Positions 39,467-48,235 of a stretch of 64,000 nt of DNA are shown here, in pieces; position 1 is the first letter of the stretch; each line of letters begins with the position of its first letter. Source of the stretch: an uncultured delta proteobacterium (lineage in GTDB: Bacteria; Myxococcota; Myxococcia; Myxococcales; Myxococcaceae); NCBI GenBank assembly GCA_963796055.1, contig CAWCKH010000004.1:2400001-2464000 (forward strand), read 5' to 3'. The notes under the pieces were generated by a model. The model searched no databases, had not been told where the DNA came from, and saw only the letters and a program-made list of their open reading frames with translations. The position numbers and the translations under genes were made by a program.

Positions 39467-41053
39467 ATGCGCAAAGCCCGTTCCAGCAAAGAGAAGCCCG
39501 CGGACCTCGAGGTGGCTCCCGAGGAGTCCACCGAGTCCGCCCCCCGCCGAAAGGGTGGCCGCCGCCGGCGGGACCCCGAGGCCACCGACGGCGAGAGCAA
39601 TGGCGTCGAGGCCGCCGAGGAGGGGCAGACCCCGCTCCGGCCGGTGCTCACCGCCATCTCCCGCCCGGTCCGGGACGACGAGCTGAACGCCGTCCCCGAG
39701 GACCCGTCCGCCCCGCCGGTGGTCGCCGAGCGCCCCGAGCCGGTCTCCGAGGCCGGGCCCACGGTGGTCACTGGCGCGGACGGAACGCCGATGCAGGTGC
39801 TCCGCCTCAACGACCTGAAGCGGATGAAGATCACCGAGCTGTCCCACATGGCCCAGGACTTCGGGGTCGAGGGGACGCAGGGGCTCAAGAAGCAGGACCT
39901 CATCTTCGCCCTGCTGTCCGGGATCGCGGACAAGAAGTTCGAGGTGCACGCCGAGGGAGTGATGGAGCTGCAGTCCGACGGCTTCGGCTTCCTCCGCAGC
40001 GCCGACAGCGACTACCAGCCCAGCCCGGACGACATCTACGTCAGCCCCAGCCAGGTGCGGCGCTTCAACCTCCGCCCCGGTGACACGGTCTACGGGCCCA
40101 TCCGCCAGCCCCGCGAGGGCGAGCGGTTCTTCGCCCTGCAGAAGGTCGACAAGGTCAACTTCGTCGACCCCACCAGCAGCGAGGCGAAGGAGCGGATCCT
40201 CTTCGACAACCTCACCCCCCTCTACCCCACCCGGAAGCTGAACCTCGAGTTCGACGGGTCGGAGATGACGACCCGCATCATCGACCTCTTCACCCCCATC
40301 GGCCTCGGCCAGCGCTGCCTGATCGTCGCCCCGCCCAAGGCGGGCAAGACGGTGCTCCTCCAGAACATCGCCCACGCCATCGCCCAGAACCACCCGGACA
40401 TCTTCCTCATCGTGCTCCTCGTCGACGAGCGGCCGGAGGAGGTGACGGACATGGAGCGCAGCGTCCGGGGCGAGGTGGTGAGCAGCACCTTCGACGAGCC
40501 GGCCACCCGTCACGTGCAGGTGGCGGAGATGGTCATCGACAAGGCCAAGCGCCTGGTCGAGCAGAAGCACGACGTGTGCATCCTGCTCGACTCCATCACC
40601 CGTCTGGCCCGGGCCTACAACACCGTGGTTCCGCCCTCGGGGAAGATCCTTTCGGGTGGTGTCGATTCCAACGCGCTCCACAAGCCCAAGCGGTTCTTCG
40701 GTGCGGCCCGGAACATCGAGGAGGGCGGGAGCCTGACCATCATCGGCACCGCGCTCATCGACACCGGCAGCCGCATGGACGAGGTCATCTTCGAGGAGTT
40801 CAAGGGCACCGGAAACTCGGAGATCGTCCTCGACCGGAAGCTGATGGAGAAGCGCATCTTCCCCTGTCTCGACATCAACAAGTCCGGGACGCGGAAGGAG
40901 GAGCTCCTCCTCAAGCCCGAGGACCTCATCCGGGTCACGGCGCTCCGGCAAGTGTTGCATCCCTTCACGCCGATCGACGCGATGGAGTTCGTTCTCAAGC
41001 ACATGCGGCCCACCAAGTCGAACGCGGACTTCCTCGGCTCGATGAACCGGTGA
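39467..41053 (+). CDS. rho: Transcription termination factor Rho with N-terminal extension
   Basis: [56 protein letters not shown]. Confidence 0.98.
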   Translation: MRKARSSKEKPADLEVAPEESTESAPRRKGGRRRRDPEATDGESNGVEAAEEGQTPLRPVLTAISRPVRDDELNAVPEDPSAPPVVAERPEPVSEAGPTVVTGADGTPMQVLRLNDLKRMKITELSHMAQDFGVEGTQGLKKQDLIFALLSGIADKKFEVHAEGVMELQSDGFGFLRSADSDYQPSPDDIYVSPSQVRRFNLRPGDTVYGPIRQPREGERFFALQKVDKVNFVDPTSSEAKERILFDNLTPLYPTRKLNLEFDGSEMTTRIIDLFTPIGLGQRCLIVAPPKAGKTVLLQNIAHAIAQNHPDIFLIVLLVDERPEEVTDMERSVRGEVVSSTFDEPATRHVQVAEMVIDKAKRLVEQKHDVCILLDSITRLARAYNTVVPPSGKILSGGVDSNALHKPKRFFGAARNIEEGGSLTIIGTALIDTGSRMDEVIFEEFKGTGNSEIVLDRKLMEKRIFPCLDINKSGTRKEELLLKPEDLIRVTALRQVLHPFTPIDAMEFVLKHMRPTKSNADFLGSMNR

Positions 41054-41114
41054 AGATTCGGGGGACGCATCCGTCCATGGGAGGGCGGGTCGACCAGCAC
41101 CGGGAGTGACGAGG

Positions 41115-41420
41115 ATGATGCGGACAGTCGGGGGAGCCCTTGCCGGAGCGCTGCTCGCGCTCGCCGCCTGCGGCCCGATGGACGACGGCGGTGGTGGAGT
41201 GGTGGGCGCGCCCTGCACCAGCGATGCGGACTGCGCGTCGGACGGCTGCTGCGGGACTGGAGTGAACGCGGTCGCGGCCAGCCAGCGCCCGAGCTGTCCT
41301 GCCACCTGCAGCAATGGCCAGGATCCCTACAGCCTCTACGTCCGGAACGGGTGCGGACTGGTGACCTGCGACTCCAGCTTCCACTGCGCGGTGGCGGTGA
41401 CCTCCGGGATGGGTTGCTGA
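41115..41420 (+). CDS. Small Cys-rich lipoprotein
   Basis: Lipobox LAAC followed by 10 further Cys. Confidence 0.75.
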   Translation: MMRTVGGALAGALLALAACGPMDDGGGGVVGAPCTSDADCASDGCCGTGVNAVAASQRPSCPATCSNGQDPYSLYVRNGCGLVTCDSSFHCAVAVTSGMGC

Positions 41421-41442
41421 GCCGCACCGGGCCCCTGGGGAT

Positions 41443-42624
41443 TTAGCGCTCGGCGACCTCCAGCGGCACGGGCTGCGCCTTGCGGCGGACGAACTCGAAG
41501 CAGGCCACCAGCACGGCCGCCACCGGCACGGCGAACAGCGCCCCCAGCAGCCCGTAGGTACGCTCGCCGGCGATGAGGGCGAACACCACCACCACCGGGT
41601 GCATCCGCGCCGCGTTGCCCATGATCTTCGGATTGAGGAAGTACGCCTCCAGCGCGTGGATGCCGATGATCCAGAACAGCATCCCCAGGCCGGCCCGCCA
41701 GCTCTGCGCCAGGCCCATGATGACGATGGGGAACGAGCTGATGAAGGTCCCGAAGATGGGGATGAGGCTGAAGAAGGTGGCGATGGTGGCGAGCAGGAAG
41801 GCGAACTTCACCCCGAAGAGCACCAGCCCGGCGAAGGTGAGCACCCCGTTCACGATGCAGATGGTGACCTGCCCGCGAACCACGCCGGCCAGCGAGCGGT
41901 CGATCCGGCGGACCAGCGCCGAGGCGTCGGCAGCCCACTCGGGAGGAACCAGCGACCGGAAGTAGCCCCGGATGCCCGAGGCGTCGATGGAGATGAACGC
42001 CGCCACCATCAGCATCAGGAAGAGGGTGAAGACGCCCTTGAGCACCCCGGTGATGAGCTCCCGGGTGAAGGTCACCAGGCGGGTGACGTTGGCGGTGGCG
42101 ATGCCCGAGAAGCGACCCGCGGCGTCGTGGATCAGCCGCTCCAGGTCCATCGACAGGCTCCAGCTGGGCCGGCCGGTGTAGGCCTCGACCGCGTCCGAGC
42201 CCTCGAGCGAGCGGGAGGAGAGGGCGACCGGGACCCCATGCGAATTGAGCCAGTCCTCCATCTGGCGGGCGATCTCCTGCACCCGCTCGGGGGTGAGCGA
42301 GCGGGCGAAGGTGAAGGCGTTGGACGAGATCCGCACCAGCTCCCGGTACAGCTGCGGGACGATGCCGATGATGAACAGGTAGCTGAGCAGGAAGAAGACG
42401 GCGTAGAGCAGGAGGATCGCCACCCAGCGGGGGATGGCGCGCCCGGCGACCTTCTGCCCGGTCAGCCAGTCGAGGATGGGCGCGACCAGGTAGGCGATGA
42501 GCGCCGAGCCGGCGAAGGGGAGGATCGCCGCCGGAAAGACGATCGGAACCAGCGCCAGCGCCACCCAGAGCAGGACCAGGACGGTGGCGCGGCGGCGGAA
42601 GGAGAGTGGGGGAGCGTCCGGCAT
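41443..42624 (-). CDS. AI-2E family (PerM-like) transporter
   Basis: AYLVAP, VVRGQV, LIPIFG, EAYFLNPKIMG, GALFAVPVAA. Confidence 0.9.
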   Translation of the reverse strand: MPDAPPLSFRRRATVLVLLWVALALVPIVFPAAILPFAGSALIAYLVAPILDWLTGQKVAGRAIPRWVAILLLYAVFFLLSYLFIIGIVPQLYRELVRISSNAFTFARSLTPERVQEIARQMEDWLNSHGVPVALSSRSLEGSDAVEAYTGRPSWSLSMDLERLIHDAAGRFSGIATANVTRLVTFTRELITGVLKGVFTLFLMLMVAAFISIDASGIRGYFRSLVPPEWAADASALVRRIDRSLAGVVRGQVTICIVNGVLTFAGLVLFGVKFAFLLATIATFFSLIPIFGTFISSFPIVIMGLAQSWRAGLGMLFWIIGIHALEAYFLNPKIMGNAARMHPVVVVFALIAGERTYGLLGALFAVPVAAVLVACFEFVRRKAQPVPLEVAER

Positions 42625-42740
42625 CCGGGCCCGGGCACGCTTGCCACAGCGTTGCCGGCCGTTCAATCCCGGAGCGAGCGGCAGCCCGGGCGGCCGGGTC
42701 CGCTGGCGACCCGGACGCCAGAGGAGTACGTCGCTTGCGC

Positions 42741-44159
42741 ATGGCGGACGGACGGCTGTGGATCGACGGGACCTGGGTACACGGTGAGCACCAGTCCGAG
42801 GTGCGCGCGCCCTGGGACAGCCGACTCCTCCGCCGGGTGGCGCAGGCCTCCGCCGCGCAGGCGGAGCAGGCGGTGTCCGTCGCCTTCGGTGCCCGGGAGC
42901 GGCTGCAGCGGCAGAGCACGGGGAAGCGGCGCGAGGTGCTCGAGGGCATCGGGACCGGGCTGCGGGCCCGGGGCGAGGAGATGGCGCAGTGCATCTGCCA
43001 CGAGGCGGGGAAGCCCATCACCCTGGCCCGGGTGGAGGTCCGGCGCGCCATCGAGGTGTTCCGGCTCGCCGCGGCCGAGCTCGGTCGATTCGGAGGATCC
43101 GCCATTCCGGTGGACCTGGACGCCGGCACCGAGGGCGTGGAGTGCGAGGTCCGCCGCTTCCCGGCCGGGGTGGTGGTGGGGATCGTCCCCTTCAACTTTC
43201 CCTTGAACCTCGGGGCCCACAAGGTCGCTCCGGCGCTCGCGGTGGGCGCGCCGATCGTGGTCAAGCCGCCGCCGCAGGCGCCCAGCGCGCAGCTGCTCCT
43301 GGCGGAGATCGCCCAGCAGGCCGGCGCGGACCCCGCGGCGCTGCAAGTCGTCACCTGCGACAACGCCGTCGCCGAGCGGCTGGCCACCGATCCGCGGGTG
43401 CGGATCCTCTCCTTCACCGGGAGCGCCGCAGTGGGCTGGGCGCTGAAGCAGAAGGCGCCGGGCCAGGTGCTGCTCGAGCTCGGGGGCAACGCGGCGGCGC
43501 TGGTCGGTGCGGACGCCGACCTGGACTGGGCCGCCGAGCGCTGCGTGGCCGCGGGATTCGGCTACGCGGGACAGGTCTGCATCAAGGTGCAGCGGGTCTA
43601 CGTCGAGGCGGTGGCACATGCGGCCTTCCTGGACAGGTTCCTCGCCCGGACGAGGTCCGTTCCCACTGGAGATCCCGCCGACGAGCGCACCGTGAGCGGG
43701 CCGGTGATCGACGACCGTTCCGCCGAGCGCATCACCGCGTGGGTCGACGAGGCGGTGGCCGGTGGGGCGCGCGTCCTCACCGGGCACCGGCGCGAGGGAC
43801 GGCTCTTGCAGCCCACCGTGCTCGCCGGCGTCCCCGAGGAATCGAAGGCGGCCCGGGAGGAGATCTTCGGCCCGGTGGTCGCCGTGTGGCCGGTGCCGGA
43901 CTGGGAGGCGGGCCTCCGCGCGGTGAACTCCGGGCAGTACGGGCTGCAGGCGGGCGTGTTCACCCGTGACCTCGCCCGCGTACGGCAGGCGTTCCATGGG
44001 CTCGAGGTGGGCGGGGTCATCGTCAACGACGCGCCCAACCTCCGGAGCGACAACATGCCCTACGGGGGCGTGAAGCGCAGCGGACTCGGCCGCGAGGGGG
44101 TGCGGTACGCGATGGACGAGCTGACCGAGGAGCGGGTGCTGGTCACCCGCCTGCGCTGA
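42741..44159 (+). CDS. Aldehyde dehydrogenase family protein
   Basis: PFNFPLNL, FTGS, LELGGN, catalytic GQVC, EEIFGP, YGGVKRSGLGREG. Confidence 0.93.
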   Translation: MADGRLWIDGTWVHGEHQSEVRAPWDSRLLRRVAQASAAQAEQAVSVAFGARERLQRQSTGKRREVLEGIGTGLRARGEEMAQCICHEAGKPITLARVEVRRAIEVFRLAAAELGRFGGSAIPVDLDAGTEGVECEVRRFPAGVVVGIVPFNFPLNLGAHKVAPALAVGAPIVVKPPPQAPSAQLLLAEIAQQAGADPAALQVVTCDNAVAERLATDPRVRILSFTGSAAVGWALKQKAPGQVLLELGGNAAALVGADADLDWAAERCVAAGFGYAGQVCIKVQRVYVEAVAHAAFLDRFLARTRSVPTGDPADERTVSGPVIDDRSAERITAWVDEAVAGGARVLTGHRREGRLLQPTVLAGVPEESKAAREEIFGPVVAVWPVPDWEAGLRAVNSGQYGLQAGVFTRDLARVRQAFHGLEVGGVIVNDAPNLRSDNMPYGGVKRSGLGREGVRYAMDELTEERVLVTRLR

Positions 44160-44169
44160 GGAGCGAGTC

Positions 44170-44619
44170 ATGGCCACCTACCGATGTCCGAGCTGTGGGG
44201 CCTTCAACCGGGTCGGGTCCGGGAGCGGGACGCCGGTGTGCGGCCGCTGCAAGCAGCCGATTCCCACCACCGGCGCTCCCCAGGATGTGGACAGCGCGGG
44301 GCTCGCCCGGGCCATCGCCGCCTCACCGGTCCCGCTGCTGGTCGACTTCTGGGCGCCGTGGTGCGGGCCGTGCAAGGTGGCGGCGCCGATCTTCGACCAG
44401 GTCGCCCACAAGCTCGCGGGCGAGGCGGTGGTGCTGAAGGTCGACACCGAGGCCAACCCGGACGCCGCAGCACAGCATCAGATCCGCGCCATCCCCACCG
44501 CGGTGCTCTTCCTCGGGGGAAAGGAGAAGGAGCGACGGATGGGCGTGCAACCGGCGCCCGCGCTCGAAGCATGGCTGCGGAGCGTGGGGGCGGAGGCCTC
44601 CACCCCCCGGGTGGCGTAG
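44170..44619 (+). CDS. trxC: Thioredoxin 2 (TrxC-type, N-terminal Zn finger)
   Basis: CPSC...CGRC Zn finger and WAPWCGPC active site. Confidence 0.92.
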   Translation: MATYRCPSCGAFNRVGSGSGTPVCGRCKQPIPTTGAPQDVDSAGLARAIAASPVPLLVDFWAPWCGPCKVAAPIFDQVAHKLAGEAVVLKVDTEANPDAAAQHQIRAIPTAVLFLGGKEKERRMGVQPAPALEAWLRSVGAEASTPRVA

Positions 44620-44638
44620 CAGCGACGAGAGCCGGGGC

Positions 44639-44866
44639 TCAGCTCCTGGGAAGCGTCCTCGTCCCGCCCTTCAGCGGCGCGCCGATCAGAGGGCCGATCA
44701 GGCAGACGTTCACGAGGCCGGTGGCGATGGGAACCACACCCACCGCGGCGAGGATCGTCCCGGCAAGCCCCTGCACCACAGAGAGTCCCAGGTAGATCAG
44801 CGCTCCCCCTGCCACCACGCGCAGCACGCGTCCGAGCGGCGTGGCCATCCATTCGGCGAAGCACAT
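44639..44866 (-). CDS. DUF2892 / YgaP-like small membrane protein
   Basis: GRVLRVVAG...two TMs...GLVNVCLIGPLIG. GGAGGA RBS. Confidence 0.8.
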   Translation of the reverse strand: MCFAEWMATPLGRVLRVVAGGALIYLGLSVVQGLAGTILAAVGVVPIATGLVNVCLIGPLIGAPLKGGTRTLPRS

Positions 44867-44894
44867 GGAATCCTCCGCGAACACCCTTTCGGGC

Positions 44895-44923
44895 TGAGAG
44901 CCAGGGTGTCACGTCCAGGGTTC
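44895..44923 (-). promoter_or_regulatory. ECF-type promoter motif copy 1 (GAAC-N17-GGCTCTCA)
   Basis: Minus strand GAAC-cctggacgtgacaccct-GGCTCTCA upstream of the DUF2892 gene. Confidence 0.7.
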
Positions 44924-44940
44924 GGTTACATTGCTCATGC

Positions 44941-45744
44941 ATGGCGCGCACCGACGAGGAGCTGCTGCAGGCGGCGCGGGCGGGCGACGACGAGGCGCTG
45001 GAGGCGCTGCTTGCCCGGCACGAACGTCAGATCTTCCGCTTCGGGCTACGGATGTGCGGCAACGAGGAGGACGCCCGCGACGTCCTTCAAGAAACGTTGC
45101 TCGCCGCGTTCAAGGGCGTCCGGCAGTTCCGGGGTGACGCCCAGCTCTCGACCTGGCTCTACCAGGTGGCGCGGAGCTTCTGCACCAAGGCGCGCCGGCG
45201 AGGGGCTGGTGAGCCCGCACGACACGAGCCGATCGAGGGCGCAGCGGCGCGCGCGGTGAGTGTCCCGGCCTCGGGGCCCGACGATCGCGCGCACGCCCGT
45301 GAGATGGCCCGGGTGCTCCAGGAGGCGCTGCTGGCGCTCCCCGATTCGCAACGGGAGGTGGTGCTCCTCCGGGACGTGGAGGGGCTCACCGCCGAGGAGG
45401 CCGCCCGGGTGGTGGGCATCGACGTCCCGGCGCTCAAGAGCCGGCTCCACCGGGCGCGCCTGGGACTTCAAGATCGGATCGCCGGGCTGCTCGGTGCCGA
45501 CTCCGGACACCCGGCGGCGTGCCCCGACCTGGCCCGCGAGCTGCTCGCCCACGACGAGGAGGAGCTTGACCAGGCAGCCTGTGCGCGGCTGCAGCAGCAC
45601 CTCGAGCGGTGTCCGCGCTGCGGCCCGGCCTGCGAGGAGCTGAAGCGGTCGGTGTCACTCTGCCGGGCGATCCCCGGGGGCGGCGTCCCCCCCGAGGTCC
45701 GGGCCCGGGTGCGACACGCGCTCCGGGTGGCGGTGCACGGCTGA
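44941..45744 (+). CDS. ECF sigma factor fused to a C-terminal zinc-binding anti-sigma (zf-HC2/ZAS-like) domain
   Basis: Region 2 (DARDVLQETLL...STWLYQVA), region 4 (LPDSQREVVLLRDVEGL...KSRLHRAR), then C...HLERCPRC (Hx3Cx2C) with extra Cys. Confidence 0.9.
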   Translation: MARTDEELLQAARAGDDEALEALLARHERQIFRFGLRMCGNEEDARDVLQETLLAAFKGVRQFRGDAQLSTWLYQVARSFCTKARRRGAGEPARHEPIEGAAARAVSVPASGPDDRAHAREMARVLQEALLALPDSQREVVLLRDVEGLTAEEAARVVGIDVPALKSRLHRARLGLQDRIAGLLGADSGHPAACPDLARELLAHDEEELDQAACARLQQHLERCPRCGPACEELKRSVSLCRAIPGGGVPPEVRARVRHALRVAVHG

Positions 45745-45819
45745 GCGGGGCTGGAAGCCTTTCCCGGACCGGCGTAAGCCACACCTCGGGCAGACCGGTC
45801 GGGGGGAAGGAGGAGAGGG

Positions 45820-47676
45820 GTGACCGCGGAAACGATGGAGCCGAGGACCTCGGTCCGGGGAGTCGGGACCCGTGCGGCCCATACGATTCCCGAGCTGCTT
45901 CTGGAGCGGGTGGCCGCAACGCCCACGGCGAGGGCGTTTCTCTACCCCCAGGGGGATTCCTGGAGCACCCTCTCCTGGGCCGAGCTCGGGGAACGGGTAC
46001 GGGCCGTGGCATGCGGGCTCCGGGCGCTGGGGCTCCGGATGGAGGAGCGCTGCGCCCTGCTCTCCGGAACCCGGCTGGACTGGATCGTGGCGGACCTGGC
46101 GACCCTCTGCGCCGGTGGGGCGACCACCACCATCTATCCGTCCAACACCGCAGACGACTGCGTCTACATCATCAACAACTCGGAGGCGGTCTTCCTGTTC
46201 GCCGAGAACGAGGAACAGGTGCAGAAGCTGTCCCCTCGCAGGAGCGAGCTCAAGACGGTGAAGAAGGTCATCGTCTTCGACGGAGCATCCTCGGCCGATG
46301 GTTGGGTGATGAGCCTTCAGCAATTGATCGACCTCGGACGGGCGAGCGATGCCCGCGAGCCGGCCTCGTTCGAGGCCATCGCCCGGGCGGTGCGGCCGGG
46401 GGACCTGGCGACGCTGATCTACACCTCCGGCACAACTGGTAGACCCAAGGGAGTGGAGCTGACCCACGACGCGTGGATCTCCCAGGCGGAGGCGATCGAC
46501 GCCCTGGAGATTCTGAGCGTCGACGACCTCCAGTACCTCTGGCTGCCCCTGGCGCACATCTTCGGCAAGGTGCTCGAGGTGGCGCAGCTCCGGATCGGCT
46601 TCCCCACGGCGATCGAAGGGAGGGTGGACCGGCTGGTGGACAACCTCCCGAAGATCCGCCCAACCTTCATCGCCGCCGTCCCTCGCATCTTCGAGAAGAT
46701 CTACAACCGGGTGATCGGCACCGGCCGGGACGCGGGCGGGGTGACCTACGCCATCTTCAAGTGGGCGTTCGGAGTCGGGGCCGAGGTCTCCCGGCTGCGC
46801 CAGGCGGGCCAGGCCCCAAGGGGACTGCTGGCGGCGAAGCACGCCGTCGCCAGCCGGCTGGTCTTCTCCAAGCTCCAGGCGCGCTTCGGCGGGCGGCTGC
46901 GGTTCTTCGTTTCCGGCAGCGCCCCCCTCTCCCGGACGGTTGCCGAGTTCTTCCACGCGGCCGACATCCTGATCCTCGAGGGCTACGGGTTGACCGAGAG
47001 CAGCGCCGCCAACTGCGTGAACCTCCCCACGCGGTACCGGTTCGGAACGGTGGGCCCCCCCTTGCCGGGAACCGAGCTGAAGATCGGCGAGGACGGGGAG
47101 ATCCTCATCCGGGGACGAGGGGTGATGCGGGGATACCACCGACTCCCCGAGGCGACGGCGGAGGCCCTGGATCCGGACGGATGGCTCCACAGCGGAGACC
47201 TCGGGCAGATCGACGATGGCTTCCTGGTGGTGACCGGGCGCAAGAAAGACCTCCTCAAGACTTCCAACGGCAAGTACATCGCACCGGCGGAGCTGGAGCT
47301 GAAGCTGAGGATCGCCTGCCCGCATGCGAGCCAGGTCCTGGTGCACGGGAACAACCGTCACTTCGTCTCCGCGCTCATCTCCCTCGACCCCGAGGCGCTT
47401 CGCGCCTGGGCCGGCGCGCACGGACACGAGCAGAAGAGTTACGAGGAGCTGGTGCGCTTGCCGGAGGTCTTCTCGCTGGTCGAGCAGTGCGTGACCGCGC
47501 TCAACGGCCAGCTGGCGAGCTTCGAGACCATCAAGAAGTTCATCATCCTTCCCCAGGACCTGACGGTAGAGACAGGGGAGCTGACCCCGAGCCTGAAGCT
47601 CAAGCGCCAGATGGTGGAGCGCAAGTATCAGGCCCTCCTCGACGAGCTCTACAAGGACGCGGTGGCCCAGCTGTAG
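45820..47676 (+). CDS. Long-chain fatty acid-CoA ligase (AMP-dependent synthetase)
   Basis: YTSGTTGRPKG, EGYGLTE, GWLHSGDLG, GRKKDL, ELTPSLKLKR. Confidence 0.93.
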   Translation: MTAETMEPRTSVRGVGTRAAHTIPELLLERVAATPTARAFLYPQGDSWSTLSWAELGERVRAVACGLRALGLRMEERCALLSGTRLDWIVADLATLCAGGATTTIYPSNTADDCVYIINNSEAVFLFAENEEQVQKLSPRRSELKTVKKVIVFDGASSADGWVMSLQQLIDLGRASDAREPASFEAIARAVRPGDLATLIYTSGTTGRPKGVELTHDAWISQAEAIDALEILSVDDLQYLWLPLAHIFGKVLEVAQLRIGFPTAIEGRVDRLVDNLPKIRPTFIAAVPRIFEKIYNRVIGTGRDAGGVTYAIFKWAFGVGAEVSRLRQAGQAPRGLLAAKHAVASRLVFSKLQARFGGRLRFFVSGSAPLSRTVAEFFHAADILILEGYGLTESSAANCVNLPTRYRFGTVGPPLPGTELKIGEDGEILIRGRGVMRGYHRLPEATAEALDPDGWLHSGDLGQIDDGFLVVTGRKKDLLKTSNGKYIAPAELELKLRIACPHASQVLVHGNNRHFVSALISLDPEALRAWAGAHGHEQKSYEELVRLPEVFSLVEQCVTALNGQLASFETIKKFIILPQDLTVETGELTPSLKLKRQMVERKYQALLDELYKDAVAQL

Positions 47677-47679
47677 CCC

Positions 47680-47708
47680 GAACCTCTGGCGCCGCCGCGA
47701 GGCTCTCA
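47680..47708 (+). promoter_or_regulatory. ECF-type promoter motif copy 2 (GAAC-N17-GGCTCTCA)
   Basis: GAAC-ctctggcgccgccgcga-GGCTCTCA upstream of the second thioredoxin. Confidence 0.7.
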
Positions 47709-47728
47709 TCGGCCGGAGGTGATGGCCC

Positions 47729-48202
47729 CTGGACGTCTTCCGCTGCTCGGGCTGCGGCCTGTTCCTCAGGCTGGAGGTCGAAGCCCCCAATGTTCACGGC
47801 TGCGCCCGATGCGGGGGAGCGGTGTCCGAGCAGGGAGCACCCCAGCCGGTCGCGCTGTCCTCCCTCCGTGAGGCGGTCCGCTCGGCTCCGGTCCCGCTGC
47901 TGGTCGAGTTCTGGGCGCCGGAGTGCGAGCCGTGCCTCACCTCGGCAGTGGTGGTGGACGCGGTGAGCCACCGGCTCGCGGGCGAGGCCGTGGTTCTGCG
48001 GCTCGACGTCGAGGAGAACCCCGAGGCCTGCGAGGCCTACGGGGTCCTCGCGGTCCCCACCCTCGTGCTCTTCGCCGCGGGCCAGGAGCGGGGACGGCGG
48101 GTCGGGCGGGTGCAGGCCCGCCAGATCGAGGCGTGGGTTCGTGGCCGCGACGGCATGGACCTGGCTCCGCTCCCTCGTGCGGCGATCGGCCGCCAGGGCT
48201 AG
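47729..48202 (+). CDS. Second Zn-finger thioredoxin (TrxC paralogue, CEPC active site); start anomalous
   Basis: The frame of ORF 47822 extends upstream as LDVFRCSGCGLFLRL...GCARCGG before WAPECEPC. Start is either CTG 47729 or ATG 47722 with a 1-nt frameshift. Confidence 0.8.
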   Translation: MDVFRCSGCGLFLRLEVEAPNVHGCARCGGAVSEQGAPQPVALSSLREAVRSAPVPLLVEFWAPECEPCLTSAVVVDAVSHRLAGEAVVLRLDVEENPEACEAYGVLAVPTLVLFAAGQERGRRVGRVQARQIEAWVRGRDGMDLAPLPRAAIGRQG

Positions 48203-48235
48203 CGAGGACCGTTCACCCCGGGGTGGTTTCGGCCA

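Noticed and set aside
44100..44169. A fourth copy of the GAAC-N17-GGCTCTCA motif before trxC
   Set aside because: Not found. trxC is 10 nt downstream of the ALDH gene and is probably co-transcribed with it.
45753..45778. GGAA-N16-CGTAA as an ECF-like promoter before the acyl-CoA ligase
   Set aside because: Single occurrence that does not match the three-copy motif, so chance cannot be excluded.
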